Part shown: positions 46,869 through 56,374 of the stretch, piece after piece
How the letters are laid out: the number at the start of each line of letters is the position of its first letter
How positions within the stretch are numbered: the first letter of the stretch is position 1
From: Candidatus Aquilonibacter sp.
GTDB taxonomy: Bacteria > Acidobacteriota > Terriglobia > Terriglobales > Acidobacteriaceae
NCBI GenBank assembly: GCA_035523915.1
Contig: DATKPV010000015.1
Coordinates: 35,475-99,474, forward strand
Direction: 5' to 3'
Length of the DNA stretch: 64,000 nt
Translations under genes and position numbers: made by a program
Notes under the pieces: generated by a model
What the model saw: only the letters and a program-made list of their open reading frames with translations
Database searches by the model: none
Told to the model about the DNA's origin: nothing

Positions 46869-48869
46869 ATGGGAAAGAGAATCAATTGCAGTCTTAGCGG
46901 GCTCGCCCGGCGAGCGCGCACGGGTTCTTCGGTCATCGCGGCTTTAATTGTTGGATTATGCACCATCTGGTGTCCGTCCGCCTTCGCGCAAGCTTCGTCC
47001 GCTGAAAGCCTGCCCAGCGAAATGCCGGGGACCTTTTCTCCCGTTACCAGCGGCTTCGAATACGTCAAGCGCGACGTGATGATCCCCATGCGTGATGGTG
47101 TGAGACTGCACACGGTCATCGTGATCCCTAAAGGGGCGACGAAGGCTCCCATGCTGCTGACGCGCACGCCCTACAACGCCAGCGAACAAGTCAGTCATGC
47201 CGCCAGCCCGCACCTCGGTCCAATCTTGTACGGGTACGACAATGCCACGGATGTAATTCTCGATGGCGGGTACATCCGCGTGATTCAAGACGTGCGCGGC
47301 AAGTACGGCTCCGAAGGCGACTACGTCATGACGCGCCCTTTGCGCGGTCCTCTGAATCCCACGCAGGTCGACAACTCCACCGACACTTATGACACGATCG
47401 ATTGGCTGGTAAAGAATGTTCCTGAGAGCAATGGAAAAGTCGGGGTTCTTGGCATTTCCTACGACGGCTTTACCACGCTGATGGCCATGGTGAATCCGCA
47501 TCCAGCGCTTAAGGTGGCCGTGCCGATGAATCCCATGGTCGATGGCTGGATCGGCGACGACTGGTTCCACAACGGCGCATTCCGCGAACAAAACATGCCT
47601 TACATCTACGAGCAGGAGGCGACCCGCAGCAACGAGGATCCCTGGTGGAGCGGCCAATTCGACGATTATGACCTGTACATGGATGCGGTGAATGCCGGCG
47701 ACCTTGGCCGCAGTCACGGCATGGAGCAGCTGGGGTTTTGGCGCAAGTTGCTGGCGCATCCCAGCTATGACGCGTGGTGGCAGGAGCAAGCTATGGACAA
47801 AATCCTGGCCGCGCAGCCGCTGAAAATTCCAACCATGCTGGTCGACAGCCTCTGGGATCAGGAAGATATCTACGGCGCGCCTGCGGTTTACAAAGCTCTA
47901 AAGGCTCGAGAGGAGAATAAAGACAAGCTGTTTCTCGTGATGGGTCCCTGGCATCACGGGCAGGAAATCGGCAACGGCAGCCGGCTGGGCGCAATCAACT
48001 TTAACAGCGATACCGGCTTGTACTTCCGCATGAAGATTCTGAAGCCGTTTCTCGATCAATACCTCAAAGACGGCGCACCCAAGGCCGATATCGCGCCCGT
48101 GAACGCATTCGAGACCGGCGCCAACAAGTGGGAGCGCCTTTCAACATGGCCTGCCGGCTGCCCGAGTGGCTGCACCATCGAGGACAAACCACTGTATCTG
48201 AAAGCTGGGCTGAAGCTGAGCTTCGACGCGCCCGCGACAGGAGACAAGCCGTTTGAAGAATACGTCTCCGATCCTGCCAAGCCCGTGCCATTCCGCGCCC
48301 GGCCCATTCAGCCGGTCGGATACACCGGCCGGTTCACCTGGCCCGAGTGGCTGGTGGACGATCAGGGTGAAGCCTCCGGCCGCCCCGATGTTGTAGCCTT
48401 CACGTCCGACGTTCTGACCGAACCACTGAAGATCAGCGGTCAGCCGGTGGCAGACCTGATCGCCTCCACCAGCGGGACTGATTCTGACTGGGTGGTCAAA
48501 CTGATCGACCTGTACCCGGACGAAGTCGCCGGAGACGAGCAGATGGGCGGCTATCAGCTCATGATTTCAGCTGACATTTTCCGCGGACGTTATCGCGAAA
48601 GCCTGGAATCGCCAAAGGCAATTACCCCGGATAAACCCCTGCTCTACAAATTCACTTTGCCCACGGCAAACCATGTCTTCCTGCCGGGACACCGCATCAT
48701 GGTGCAGATTCAGTCGAGCTGGTTTCCGCTGTATGACCGGAATCCGCAAACCTTCGTGCCCAACATTTTCTGGGCGAAACCGGGCGACTATCGCAAGGCC
48801 ACCCAGCGGATTTATCACGAGCAGGGAGAGGCGAGCTTTGTGGAATTGCCGGTGGTGCAGATGCAGTAG
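46869..48869 (+). CDS. CocE/NonD-family hydrolase (peptidase S15, X-Pro dipeptidyl-peptidase-like), secreted
   Basis: Signal peptide. RDGVRLHTVIVIPK, TRTPY, GVLGISYDGFTT (GxSYxG nucleophile elbow), and a C-terminal beta-sandwich (QIQSSWFPLYDRNPQTF). ATG 46869 has AAGGAG upstream. Confidence 0.8.
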   Translation: MGKRINCSLSGLARRARTGSSVIAALIVGLCTIWCPSAFAQASSAESLPSEMPGTFSPVTSGFEYVKRDVMIPMRDGVRLHTVIVIPKGATKAPMLLTRTPYNASEQVSHAASPHLGPILYGYDNATDVILDGGYIRVIQDVRGKYGSEGDYVMTRPLRGPLNPTQVDNSTDTYDTIDWLVKNVPESNGKVGVLGISYDGFTTLMAMVNPHPALKVAVPMNPMVDGWIGDDWFHNGAFREQNMPYIYEQEATRSNEDPWWSGQFDDYDLYMDAVNAGDLGRSHGMEQLGFWRKLLAHPSYDAWWQEQAMDKILAAQPLKIPTMLVDSLWDQEDIYGAPAVYKALKAREENKDKLFLVMGPWHHGQEIGNGSRLGAINFNSDTGLYFRMKILKPFLDQYLKDGAPKADIAPVNAFETGANKWERLSTWPAGCPSGCTIEDKPLYLKAGLKLSFDAPATGDKPFEEYVSDPAKPVPFRARPIQPVGYTGRFTWPEWLVDDQGEASGRPDVVAFTSDVLTEPLKISGQPVADLIASTSGTDSDWVVKLIDLYPDEVAGDEQMGGYQLMISADIFRGRYRESLESPKAITPDKPLLYKFTLPTANHVFLPGHRIMVQIQSSWFPLYDRNPQTFVPNIFWAKPGDYRKATQRIYHEQGEASFVELPVVQMQ

Positions 48870-48885
48870 CGCGCAGACTCGGCAG

Positions 48886-50160
48886 CTACTGTTCTCGTGT
48901 TGGCTTTCCCTTCCCCGGCAAGCCAGCCGGGTTCTCGTGCGTGCGCTCGCGGAAGGTGCCTTTCATCCCTGCAGCGAGCTTGACGCTCGATTCTCCGAAT
49001 CTATCGCGCAAGCGGTCTGCGGCCGCCAGAGCATCTTTCCAGCGCCGCTCGCGGCCGCCTTCGAGCAGATTCAACTGATCCGGTTTTGCGCCGGTCAACG
49101 ATCCGGCGTGCACGCCCAGCAGGCGAACCTGCTGTCCCGGTTTCCAGTTCCTGCGGAATAACGTGCGGATCTGGTCGAAGATTTCCGTGTCAAGCTGTGT
49201 GGGAACAGGAAGTGTGTGGGCGCGCGTGATCGTCGTGAAATCCTTGTAGCGCAGCTTGAGCTGAATAGTTCGCGCGTAAAAATCGCCTTCGCGCAAACGA
49301 CGCCCCACCATCTCCGACAATCGCATCAGCGTGGCCTCCAATTGATTCCGATCAGCCGTGTCGTCGTTGTAAGTGTGTTCATGGCTGATCGACTTGGCTT
49401 CAACTTCGGCGCCGACTTCGTTATCGAACCATCCACCGGCATCCTCGCCGCGCGCTTTCCCGGCGAGCGCCAGTCCCCATTTGCCAAAGCGTTCTTCCAA
49501 CTCTCCTTCATCCAGTTTTGCCAGATCGCCAACCTTCCGGATGCCAAGATCGTGCAGATTCTTTTCCATCACCTTGCCGACGCCTGGAATTTCGCGCACA
49601 TCAAGAGGCGCGAGAAACCTGGCCTCTTCGCCCGGCACAATCCACAGCGCTCCGTTGGGCTTAGCCTGCGCCGAAGAAACCTTGGCGATGAGCCGCGATG
49701 AGCCGATACCCACGGAGCAATTCAGCTGGGTCTGCGTTTTCATCCGCTCATGCAAAGTGTTCGCAGCCTTCAGCGGAGGCCCGTGCAGCCGAAAGGTTCC
49801 CGTCATATCGAGATAGGCCTCGTCGATTGAGGCCATTTCGACCAGAGGTGAAAACGAAGTCAGCACAACAAACACCTTCTCGGAGCATTCGCGATAACGC
49901 TCGGGATGTCCGTCGACAAAGATGGCCTGAGGGCACAGTTTCGCTGCGGTGCGGAGCGGCATGGCGGAGTGCACTCCGAACTTGCGTGCCGCGTAAGAGG
50001 CCGCAGAGACTACCCCGCGCTCATTTCGCTGCCCGCCCACCACCACCGGCTTGCCTTTTAAGGAAGGATCGTAGAGTTCCTCCACGGAGACAAAAAAGGC
50101 GTCCATGTCGACGTGGAAGATGGTGCGCGGGAAAGCCGGGTTGGAGAGAGCCGCGGCCAT
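48886..50160 (-). CDS. dinB: DNA polymerase IV
   Basis: IFHVDMDAFFVSVE, SIDEAYLD, and the little-finger domain arrangement. Confidence 0.9.
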   Translation of the reverse strand: MAAALSNPAFPRTIFHVDMDAFFVSVEELYDPSLKGKPVVVGGQRNERGVVSAASYAARKFGVHSAMPLRTAAKLCPQAIFVDGHPERYRECSEKVFVVLTSFSPLVEMASIDEAYLDMTGTFRLHGPPLKAANTLHERMKTQTQLNCSVGIGSSRLIAKVSSAQAKPNGALWIVPGEEARFLAPLDVREIPGVGKVMEKNLHDLGIRKVGDLAKLDEGELEERFGKWGLALAGKARGEDAGGWFDNEVGAEVEAKSISHEHTYNDDTADRNQLEATLMRLSEMVGRRLREGDFYARTIQLKLRYKDFTTITRAHTLPVPTQLDTEIFDQIRTLFRRNWKPGQQVRLLGVHAGSLTGAKPDQLNLLEGGRERRWKDALAAADRLRDRFGESSVKLAAGMKGTFRERTHENPAGLPGKGKPTREQ

Positions 50161-50247
50161 ACTGCGAATTTTAACAGCCCAAGTTGCGGCGAAGAACCGT
50201 CGAATGCAATCGCACTACTGAAGGCGCTCCGCTGATAGAATGCGCCC

Positions 50248-50748
50248 ATGAGCAGGCGCATTCTGAGCGTGTCAGCCCGCATTCTGTTCTTTGTGTGCGG
50301 AGCGGTATCGCTTGGGACTGGCACTATTTATGCGCTCATGCGGGGCGAGGATTTGCCGGCCCAGAGGGACTGGTTTTTTTTCACGGCCGCGCTCGGCCTT
50401 CTTGGCGGTTTCAGCGCTGTGGTCGCACTTTTGCCTCGTTCCTGGATCGCCCGGATCTGCAGAAGGGAGCGCGACGATGAATCTTTATTCTCGTTGCCCC
50501 TGAAGATGCTGGCCCTTTTTGCGGCAATTTTCTACCTCTTGGCGGCAGGCGCCTTCTCTACGCCGCACACCTGGAATCTGGATCCCTTGCTCCTGTTGTC
50601 ACTGTGTCCGATGTATGTGGTCCGGATGACGCTCGATCCTCCAGCTGTCGGCATCTTTTTCATCTTGGCGCCAGTAAATGCCGCGACCTACGGCGCGCTC
50701 GGGGTCACGTTAGGATATAGCCTGTTAGTCTTTCGCAGACCACATTGA
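50248..50748 (+). CDS. Hypothetical integral membrane protein
   Basis: 166 aa with 4-5 hydrophobic helices and no motif. Confidence 0.4.
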   Translation: MSRRILSVSARILFFVCGAVSLGTGTIYALMRGEDLPAQRDWFFFTAALGLLGGFSAVVALLPRSWIARICRRERDDESLFSLPLKMLALFAAIFYLLAAGAFSTPHTWNLDPLLLLSLCPMYVVRMTLDPPAVGIFFILAPVNAATYGALGVTLGYSLLVFRRPH

Positions 50749-50756
50749 GAAGCCTT

Positions 50757-52247
50757 TCAGGCAGGCACGCCAGCCAGGGCTTTATCCGGAGTCAAAGGCG
50801 CTCCTCGCATTTGGCGCACCCGCTCGTAAATCTTGCCGTACTCGCGCGCAGAGGCAGCCCAAGAAAAGTCCTTGTTCATGCCGTTGCGCATAAGCGCCTG
50901 CCATGAAGTCTGGTCGCGGAACGCCTGGAGCGCTTGCTTGATCGTGGCCAACAAGGCCTCTCCGTTGTATTCCACGAACTTGAAACCAGTTCCTCTGCCC
51001 GAGCGCGCGTCCCACGGCTCGATCGTGTCGTCGAGGCCGCCCGTGGCGCGCACGATCGGCACGGTGCCGTACTTGAGGCTGTAAATCTGGTTCAGTCCGC
51101 AGGGCTCGTATTTCGAGGGCATCAGGAACATGTCGGCCCCGGCTTCGATCTTGTGCGCGATCGCGTTGTCGTAGGCAACCTTCACCGCGATCTTGTTGGG
51201 AAACTGCTTGTTGAGCCGGAGGAACAACTCTTCATAAGTCTTATCCCCCGCACCGAGAGCGACCACGATCATCTCTTCGCGCGCCAACCGATCCATGATC
51301 TGAGCAATCAAATCGAAGCCTTTTTGCGCTGCGAAGCGGGAAACGATACCGATCACCGGCAATTTCGCGTCCGCATTGGCGACGCCAAATGTGGTCAGCA
51401 GGTCCTGCTTGCATTGGGCCTTACCCGACAAATCCTGCGGCGAGTACTTGGCGACGATGAACTTGTCCATATGCGGGCTCCACTCGTCGTAGTCCACACC
51501 GTTGAGAATGCCGGTCACGGTCGAGGCCCGGCCGTGCAGCACGCCTTCCAGTCCAAACCCGTATTCCGCTGTCTGAATCTCCTGGCTGTATTTTTTGCTG
51601 ACGGTGGTGATGTAGTCCGAATAGGTCAGAGCGCCTTTGAGAAAGTTCACCTGGCCAAAGAATTCCATCTTCGACATGGTGAACAAATCCCACGGCAGCA
51701 TCAGCAGCGGCAGAGTATCGGGCGGGAACAAGCCCTGGTAGCCCATATTGTGAATGGTGAAAACCGTACCCGCATCGCGAAAGGCAGGGTCTTCGGCGTA
51801 CACCGTGCGCAGCAGCACCGGTACCAGAGCAGACTGCCAGTCATGGCAGTGAAAAATCTGCGGCGCGCCCACGATTTTTGCAGCCTCCAGAACCGCCCGC
51901 GAGAACAAGGCGAAGCGCTCGGCGTTGTCCGGATAGTCTCCCGCAGGCGTTCCGTAAAGCGCATCGCGCTCAAAAAACTCGGGGTATTCGACAAAATAAA
52001 AACGCACACCGGAGTGGCCTCCCGCGGTTACCACCGAAGCGAAACGGTACTTGTCGTCGAAGGGAATGGTGATGCTGCGTACCACCGTGACCGGATCAAC
52101 CAGCTTGGTTTGCTTGTAGCGCGGCAGAAAAACGCTCACCTGATGGCCGAGCGCGGCCAGAGCGCGAGGCAGCGCGCCCACCACGTCGGCCAGGCCTCCG
52201 GTCTTGGAGAACGGCACACCTTCAGAAGCGACAAATGCGATATGCAT
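50757..52247 (-). CDS. glgA: Glycogen synthase (ADP-glucose type, GT5)
   Basis: MHIAFVASEGVPFSKTGGLADVVGALP (KTGGL motif), HCHDWQSAL, PSKYEPCGLNQIY. Confidence 0.9.
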   Translation of the reverse strand: MHIAFVASEGVPFSKTGGLADVVGALPRALAALGHQVSVFLPRYKQTKLVDPVTVVRSITIPFDDKYRFASVVTAGGHSGVRFYFVEYPEFFERDALYGTPAGDYPDNAERFALFSRAVLEAAKIVGAPQIFHCHDWQSALVPVLLRTVYAEDPAFRDAGTVFTIHNMGYQGLFPPDTLPLLMLPWDLFTMSKMEFFGQVNFLKGALTYSDYITTVSKKYSQEIQTAEYGFGLEGVLHGRASTVTGILNGVDYDEWSPHMDKFIVAKYSPQDLSGKAQCKQDLLTTFGVANADAKLPVIGIVSRFAAQKGFDLIAQIMDRLAREEMIVVALGAGDKTYEELFLRLNKQFPNKIAVKVAYDNAIAHKIEAGADMFLMPSKYEPCGLNQIYSLKYGTVPIVRATGGLDDTIEPWDARSGRGTGFKFVEYNGEALLATIKQALQAFRDQTSWQALMRNGMNKDFSWAASAREYGKIYERVRQMRGAPLTPDKALAGVPA

Positions 52248-52380
52248 GAATGCAAATCCTCCGGACTGCCCGCATTCTGCGGGCGCACGCTATGATGGAT
52301 ATGTATTGCGGGCCCAGACGCTCGCGGCCCGCTCATCGGGCTTAGGTTTCAGTCTAATGCGCTAAGAAACGAGGGTCAAC

Positions 52381-53244
52381 GTGCCCAAGGTCGTATCCAC
52401 TCGCCGTCCCAAACATAAGCCCAAGCTGGGACAGCATTTCCTGGTCAGCGAGAATTATGCCTTAGAGATTGTTGACGCGCTGGGCGACGTTTCGCAAAGC
52501 ACGGTTCTGGAAATCGGACCCGGGCGCGGCGTTCTCACCTCCCTTCTGGCCAGCCGCGTTCGCCGTCTTATTGCGGTCGAAGTGGATCGCGTGCTGGCAG
52601 CGCAACTTCGGCTGAAATTCGCCATGGCGCGCAACGTGGAGATTATCGAGGCCGACATTCTCTCCATCGACTTCGATTCCCTTTTTGGACCCAAGCCGGG
52701 CTTGGGCCAGCCGGGCTTAGAATTCAAACCCGCTCCTGTGAAAGTGGTAGGCAATATTCCCTATTACATAACTTCCGACATTCTGCTGCGACTATTCGAT
52801 TACGCGAAGTACTTCGAGAGCATCGTTATTCTCGTGCAGCGTGAGGTGGCCGACCGCGTTGCTGCCGCCCCTGGAACTCGCGACTATGGTCTGCTCTCGG
52901 CCACCGCGCAACTCAATGCCTCCGTGGAAAAGCTCTTCACCCTGCCGCCGGGAGCATTCGCACCGCCGCCAAAGGTGCACTCGACGCTGCTTCGGCTCAC
53001 GCTCCGGCCCCGCCAGGAAGAACTGGGTGTCTCGGGCGATGGCTTCGTGGATTTTCTCAGGCTTTCTTTCGGACAGAAGCGCAAGACGCTGTGGAACAAT
53101 CTCAAATCGAATTATGAAGAACGGCTCCTGCGGGCGGCATTGGCCGAAGCAAGAGTCAAGCCCACGGCCCGCGCGGAAACCTTAAGCCTGGAAGAAAACG
53201 CCGCCTTGTTCCGCGCCTTGCGTCACGCTGCGAGCCGGTCGTAG
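52381..53244 (+). CDS. rsmA: 16S rRNA (adenine1518/1519-N6)-dimethyltransferase
   Basis: KLGQHFL, VLEIGPGRGVLT, VVGNIPYYITS. GTG start. Confidence 0.9.
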   Translation: MPKVVSTRRPKHKPKLGQHFLVSENYALEIVDALGDVSQSTVLEIGPGRGVLTSLLASRVRRLIAVEVDRVLAAQLRLKFAMARNVEIIEADILSIDFDSLFGPKPGLGQPGLEFKPAPVKVVGNIPYYITSDILLRLFDYAKYFESIVILVQREVADRVAAAPGTRDYGLLSATAQLNASVEKLFTLPPGAFAPPPKVHSTLLRLTLRPRQEELGVSGDGFVDFLRLSFGQKRKTLWNNLKSNYEERLLRAALAEARVKPTARAETLSLEENAALFRALRHAASRS

Positions 53245-53278
53245 CATTAGTTGTCAGCCCTGCCTGATCGGAGGGCCT

Positions 53279-54100
53279 ATGGCTGCCACCACACTCCGCT
53301 ATCCTGCCGTTGCCGGACGCTTCTATCCCCGCGACCCCTCTGACTTGCGCTCGGACGTCTTGAGCTACACGGCCCGCCTCTCCGCACAAGCGCCGGCCCG
53401 CGCCTTGGGCTGCATCGTGCCGCACGCCGGATACATTTATTCAGGCCATGTTGCAGGCGCAGTCTTTGCCCAGATCGAGATTCCGGAGCAGTGCATCGTG
53501 CTATGTCCCAACCACACCGGAATGGGACGCGCCTTTGCCATCATGAGTGAAGGCGAGTGGGAAACCCCGCTGGGGCGTATTCCAATTGACGGCGCACTCG
53601 CCACAGCCCTGAAGCAATCATGCCCGCTACTTCACGAAGACTCCGTCGCACACCGCGCCGAGCATGCCATTGAAGTGGAGCTGCCGTTCTTGCAGCTTCG
53701 ACAGTCCAGGCTTCGATTCGTACCCATTGCGCTGGGGACGCAAATGTTTGAACCTTTGGAGCAGATCGGCCTGGCGCTCGCCAGCGTGATTGCGGCCAGC
53801 ACGCAGCCGGCCCTGATGATTGCCTCCAGCGATATGAACCATTACGAGTCGGATGCCGTTACTCGCGTAAAAGATGGCAAAGCACTGGAACGTATACTCG
53901 CTCTGGACGCACGCGGGTTGCACGAAGTGGTCACGCAGCAGGATGTCAGCATGTGTGGTTTCGGGCCGGCCATCGTGACCATCACCGCCGCGCGAGAGCT
54001 GGGAGCAACCTGTGCCAAGCTGGTGAAGTATGCAACCTCAGGTGACGTCTCGGGCGACCGCCAACTCGTAGTCGGCTATGCCGGGGTTCTCTTCCGCTAA
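53279..54100 (+). CDS. MEMO1-family protein (AmmeMemoRadiSam system protein B)
   Basis: PAVAGRFYP, VPHAGYIYSG, EHAIEVELPFLQ, SSDMNHY. Confidence 0.8.
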   Translation: MAATTLRYPAVAGRFYPRDPSDLRSDVLSYTARLSAQAPARALGCIVPHAGYIYSGHVAGAVFAQIEIPEQCIVLCPNHTGMGRAFAIMSEGEWETPLGRIPIDGALATALKQSCPLLHEDSVAHRAEHAIEVELPFLQLRQSRLRFVPIALGTQMFEPLEQIGLALASVIAASTQPALMIASSDMNHYESDAVTRVKDGKALERILALDARGLHEVVTQQDVSMCGFGPAIVTITAARELGATCAKLVKYATSGDVSGDRQLVVGYAGVLFR

Positions 54101-54125
54101 TCCATCCCCTGCTAATGAATCCTCG

Positions 54126-54155
54126 AAAAAATCAGGGCGGCCTTTTCAGCCGCCC
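54126..54155 (-). terminator. Candidate intrinsic terminator of the FecR-like gene
   Basis: The GGGCGGC-cttttca-GCCGCCC stem is followed on the minus strand by a T-run (plus-strand AAAAAA at 54126-54131). Confidence 0.5.
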
Positions 54156-54191
54156 CAATCGCATCCTGGCATAACGGATGGAAAAGATTCC

Positions 54192-55517
54192 TCAGCGATG
54201 AACGCTTCCTCCGGATGCGTGTCCCGCGGGAGCTCCGCCAGCGTGCACCATCCCACCCCCACCCATGCTTGGGTGCGGTTCGCTGTATTCACCTGCGACC
54301 GGATGTCCTGCTCCGAACCCGTATCCGGTATGTGAGGTCGCCGAAAACTGCGGAGTGGAGCGGACTTCCACGAAACCATGCTTCGCCACCTGGCTGTTTA
54401 GCTGGTGCAGATTGCCCAGCGATCCTCGTGGAATGCCTAACCCTGCCGAACCGCGATTGACCACCGTCCGCGTCAAAGCGGTCTGCGTCAATACCGGTCC
54501 GCCATGTCCAACAACCACCGTCCGCACACCGCTCGAAGGAATGACCGGTGCATGAAAGTGCACTGGTGGGCTGCCAGCAAAACGCGGAACGCCATTCCAT
54601 CCTCCCCAAGCGCCCGGTTGCCATCCCCAACCGAAGCCCGGGGCGTAAATCCAGCTGCCATAGTAGTAAGGCATCCAGCCCCAGGGATATGCGGATACAA
54701 ACATGTATCCCAGCCCCGGGTACCACGCCCAGGCGCCGTCCATGAACGGATCCCATCCGACACCGGTAAAGTACGGCTGCCAGAGCATGCCGTAGCCCGG
54801 AATGTTGTTATAGGCGCCGTAGTAGTTCAGATCGCTGTAGCCGTACCCGTATGGTGTCGAGTCGTTCTTGGAATATTGTTCGTGGTACTCGAGGGCCTGC
54901 TTGTCCCATTCGTCGTACGGATCTTTCTCAAAATTCCTGGCCACCGTGGCCCGGTCGCCGTCATCCACGGCGAAACTGACCATTTTTTTCTTATCCACTT
55001 TCACCGCGCCGGAAGGCCCAGCGACTTCGATGTCATTCTTGAAACTGGCCACTTCTGCCAGGCTGGGCGAAGCCGATACCCGAAAATGCGCCGCCTGATT
55101 TAGGTCAATCTTTTCCTGGGAGAACTTAAGAGTGAACCGATCTCCGCTCCTCCCCAGCCAGTTGACGTAAGCTTTCCCCTCGACCAGGTTCACCACAGAA
55201 ATCCGCTGGCCCGCGTCGTTCACTCCCAGCGTGCTGAACTGGACGCTGGTGTTTGGAGTCAGCCGCATCGTACTGCCATCTTCGAACTCTACTTCGACGC
55301 GGCCATTGTCTTTCGTGCGTAGCTGTGTGCCCTGCGTAATTGGCAGGTTGAGAAATGCGTTCTCGAAGCCCAATCCAGTATTCTTGTCGATTTGCGCGGT
55401 CCCCTGGACGTCGCTCAACCGGACGATGCGGGCCTGTGAACCGGCCAAGGCGGGCAACGCAGAAAGGGCCAATGTGAGGACAGTTAGGAGCGGGAAGCTG
55501 AAGCGTGCTTTGCACAT
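54192..55517 (-). CDS. Secreted FecR-domain protein with W/Y/G-rich C-terminal region (DUF6600-like)
   Basis: Signal peptide. FecR-like beta domain (ARIVRLSDVQGTAQI...GTQLRTKDNGRVEVEFEDGSTMRLTPNT). Aromatic-rich PGYGMLWQPYFTGVGWDPFMDGAWAWYPGLGYMFVSAYPWGWMPYYYGSWIYAPGFGWGWQPG. Start moved to ATG 55517. Confidence 0.6.
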   Translation of the reverse strand: MCKARFSFPLLTVLTLALSALPALAGSQARIVRLSDVQGTAQIDKNTGLGFENAFLNLPITQGTQLRTKDNGRVEVEFEDGSTMRLTPNTSVQFSTLGVNDAGQRISVVNLVEGKAYVNWLGRSGDRFTLKFSQEKIDLNQAAHFRVSASPSLAEVASFKNDIEVAGPSGAVKVDKKKMVSFAVDDGDRATVARNFEKDPYDEWDKQALEYHEQYSKNDSTPYGYGYSDLNYYGAYNNIPGYGMLWQPYFTGVGWDPFMDGAWAWYPGLGYMFVSAYPWGWMPYYYGSWIYAPGFGWGWQPGAWGGWNGVPRFAGSPPVHFHAPVIPSSGVRTVVVGHGGPVLTQTALTRTVVNRGSAGLGIPRGSLGNLHQLNSQVAKHGFVEVRSTPQFSATSHTGYGFGAGHPVAGEYSEPHPSMGGGGMVHAGGAPAGHASGGSVHR

Positions 55518-55651
55518 AGGCACCCCCCAAAGCTCGAACCAACTCATTAGAACACGATTCCATGCCGGGAGTTGTCAATAATTCGCCCAATCGTGGGCTA
55601 GGCAAGATCCAACTTAGAGGTAACATCGGCACTGAGGATTGAGCACTTCAG

Positions 55652-56338
55652 TTAGCGTCTGGCCGTCGCTTCCGCTTTTCCCATCTCCAGCAGACGTTGC
55701 GCCCGCGCCCGCACCACGTTCATGACGGAAGGATCGTCAAAAATCTCCTGCAGAACAGGATTTAGCGCCTCGATCTCGGTTAGTTCGTGGTTTCTGGCCT
55801 GAGTTTCCATGCGCTGCAATTCCTCGTCGAGCGCCAGCTTCTGGTAACGGTGGGAATAGGAAAGCGTGCGGCCGTATTCCAGAGTGGCGCCCATGCCCTG
55901 AAACAGGGCCGTCAACTGCTGAACCGGCGACACGCTCGAATAGTTGAAACTAGCGCTGTACTTTTTGGCGCCGTCTTCGTAACTCAGTGTTTTCTTTCCG
56001 GTAAAAGCCAGCTTGTGATTTCCGGAGTCGAGATTGCCGGCAAAGTAGTGTGTCTGCCTGGCCCAGGCGAAGATGCGGTCGCAGGTCGCAGTCGATATTT
56101 GAAACGCGGACTCGTAGAGTTGGTCGGTGGAATCCGCCGATGGTTTGGCGGAGCTTTCGTAGGTTCCGTGTCCGTCCTGTCGGATGGAGATCGAGTAATG
56201 GCTAGGCTGGGAGGCGGGAAAATCCAGCGCGAAACTGACGGTGGCCGCGTTCTCGCTGCCCGATTGCTGCGAGTGAAGTTGCAGAGCACCTGCGGCGATG
56301 AACAGTAATCCGGCACCGAAAACTCGCCAGGCCCCCAT
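55652..56338 (-). CDS. Secreted hypothetical protein
   Basis: Signal peptide MGAWRVFGAGLLFIAAGALQLHSQ and no recognised domain. It lies between ruvC and the FecR-like gene on the same strand. Confidence 0.45.
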   Translation of the reverse strand: MGAWRVFGAGLLFIAAGALQLHSQQSGSENAATVSFALDFPASQPSHYSISIRQDGHGTYESSAKPSADSTDQLYESAFQISTATCDRIFAWARQTHYFAGNLDSGNHKLAFTGKKTLSYEDGAKKYSASFNYSSVSPVQQLTALFQGMGATLEYGRTLSYSHRYQKLALDEELQRMETQARNHELTEIEALNPVLQEIFDDPSVMNVVRARAQRLLEMGKAEATARR

Positions 56339-56374
56339 GCTGAGAGAATTATGCCAGACTTTGCCGTAGAGAGA

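Noticed and set aside
50161-50247. SOS (LexA) operator in the dinB / membrane-protein divergent region and upstream of uvrC. Also a TAGAAT box 6 nt before ATG 50248, hinting at a leaderless mRNA.
   Set aside because: I could not find a convincing palindrome and do not reliably know the LexA box for this lineage. The TAGAAT has no matching -35. This needs a motif scan with a lineage-specific matrix.
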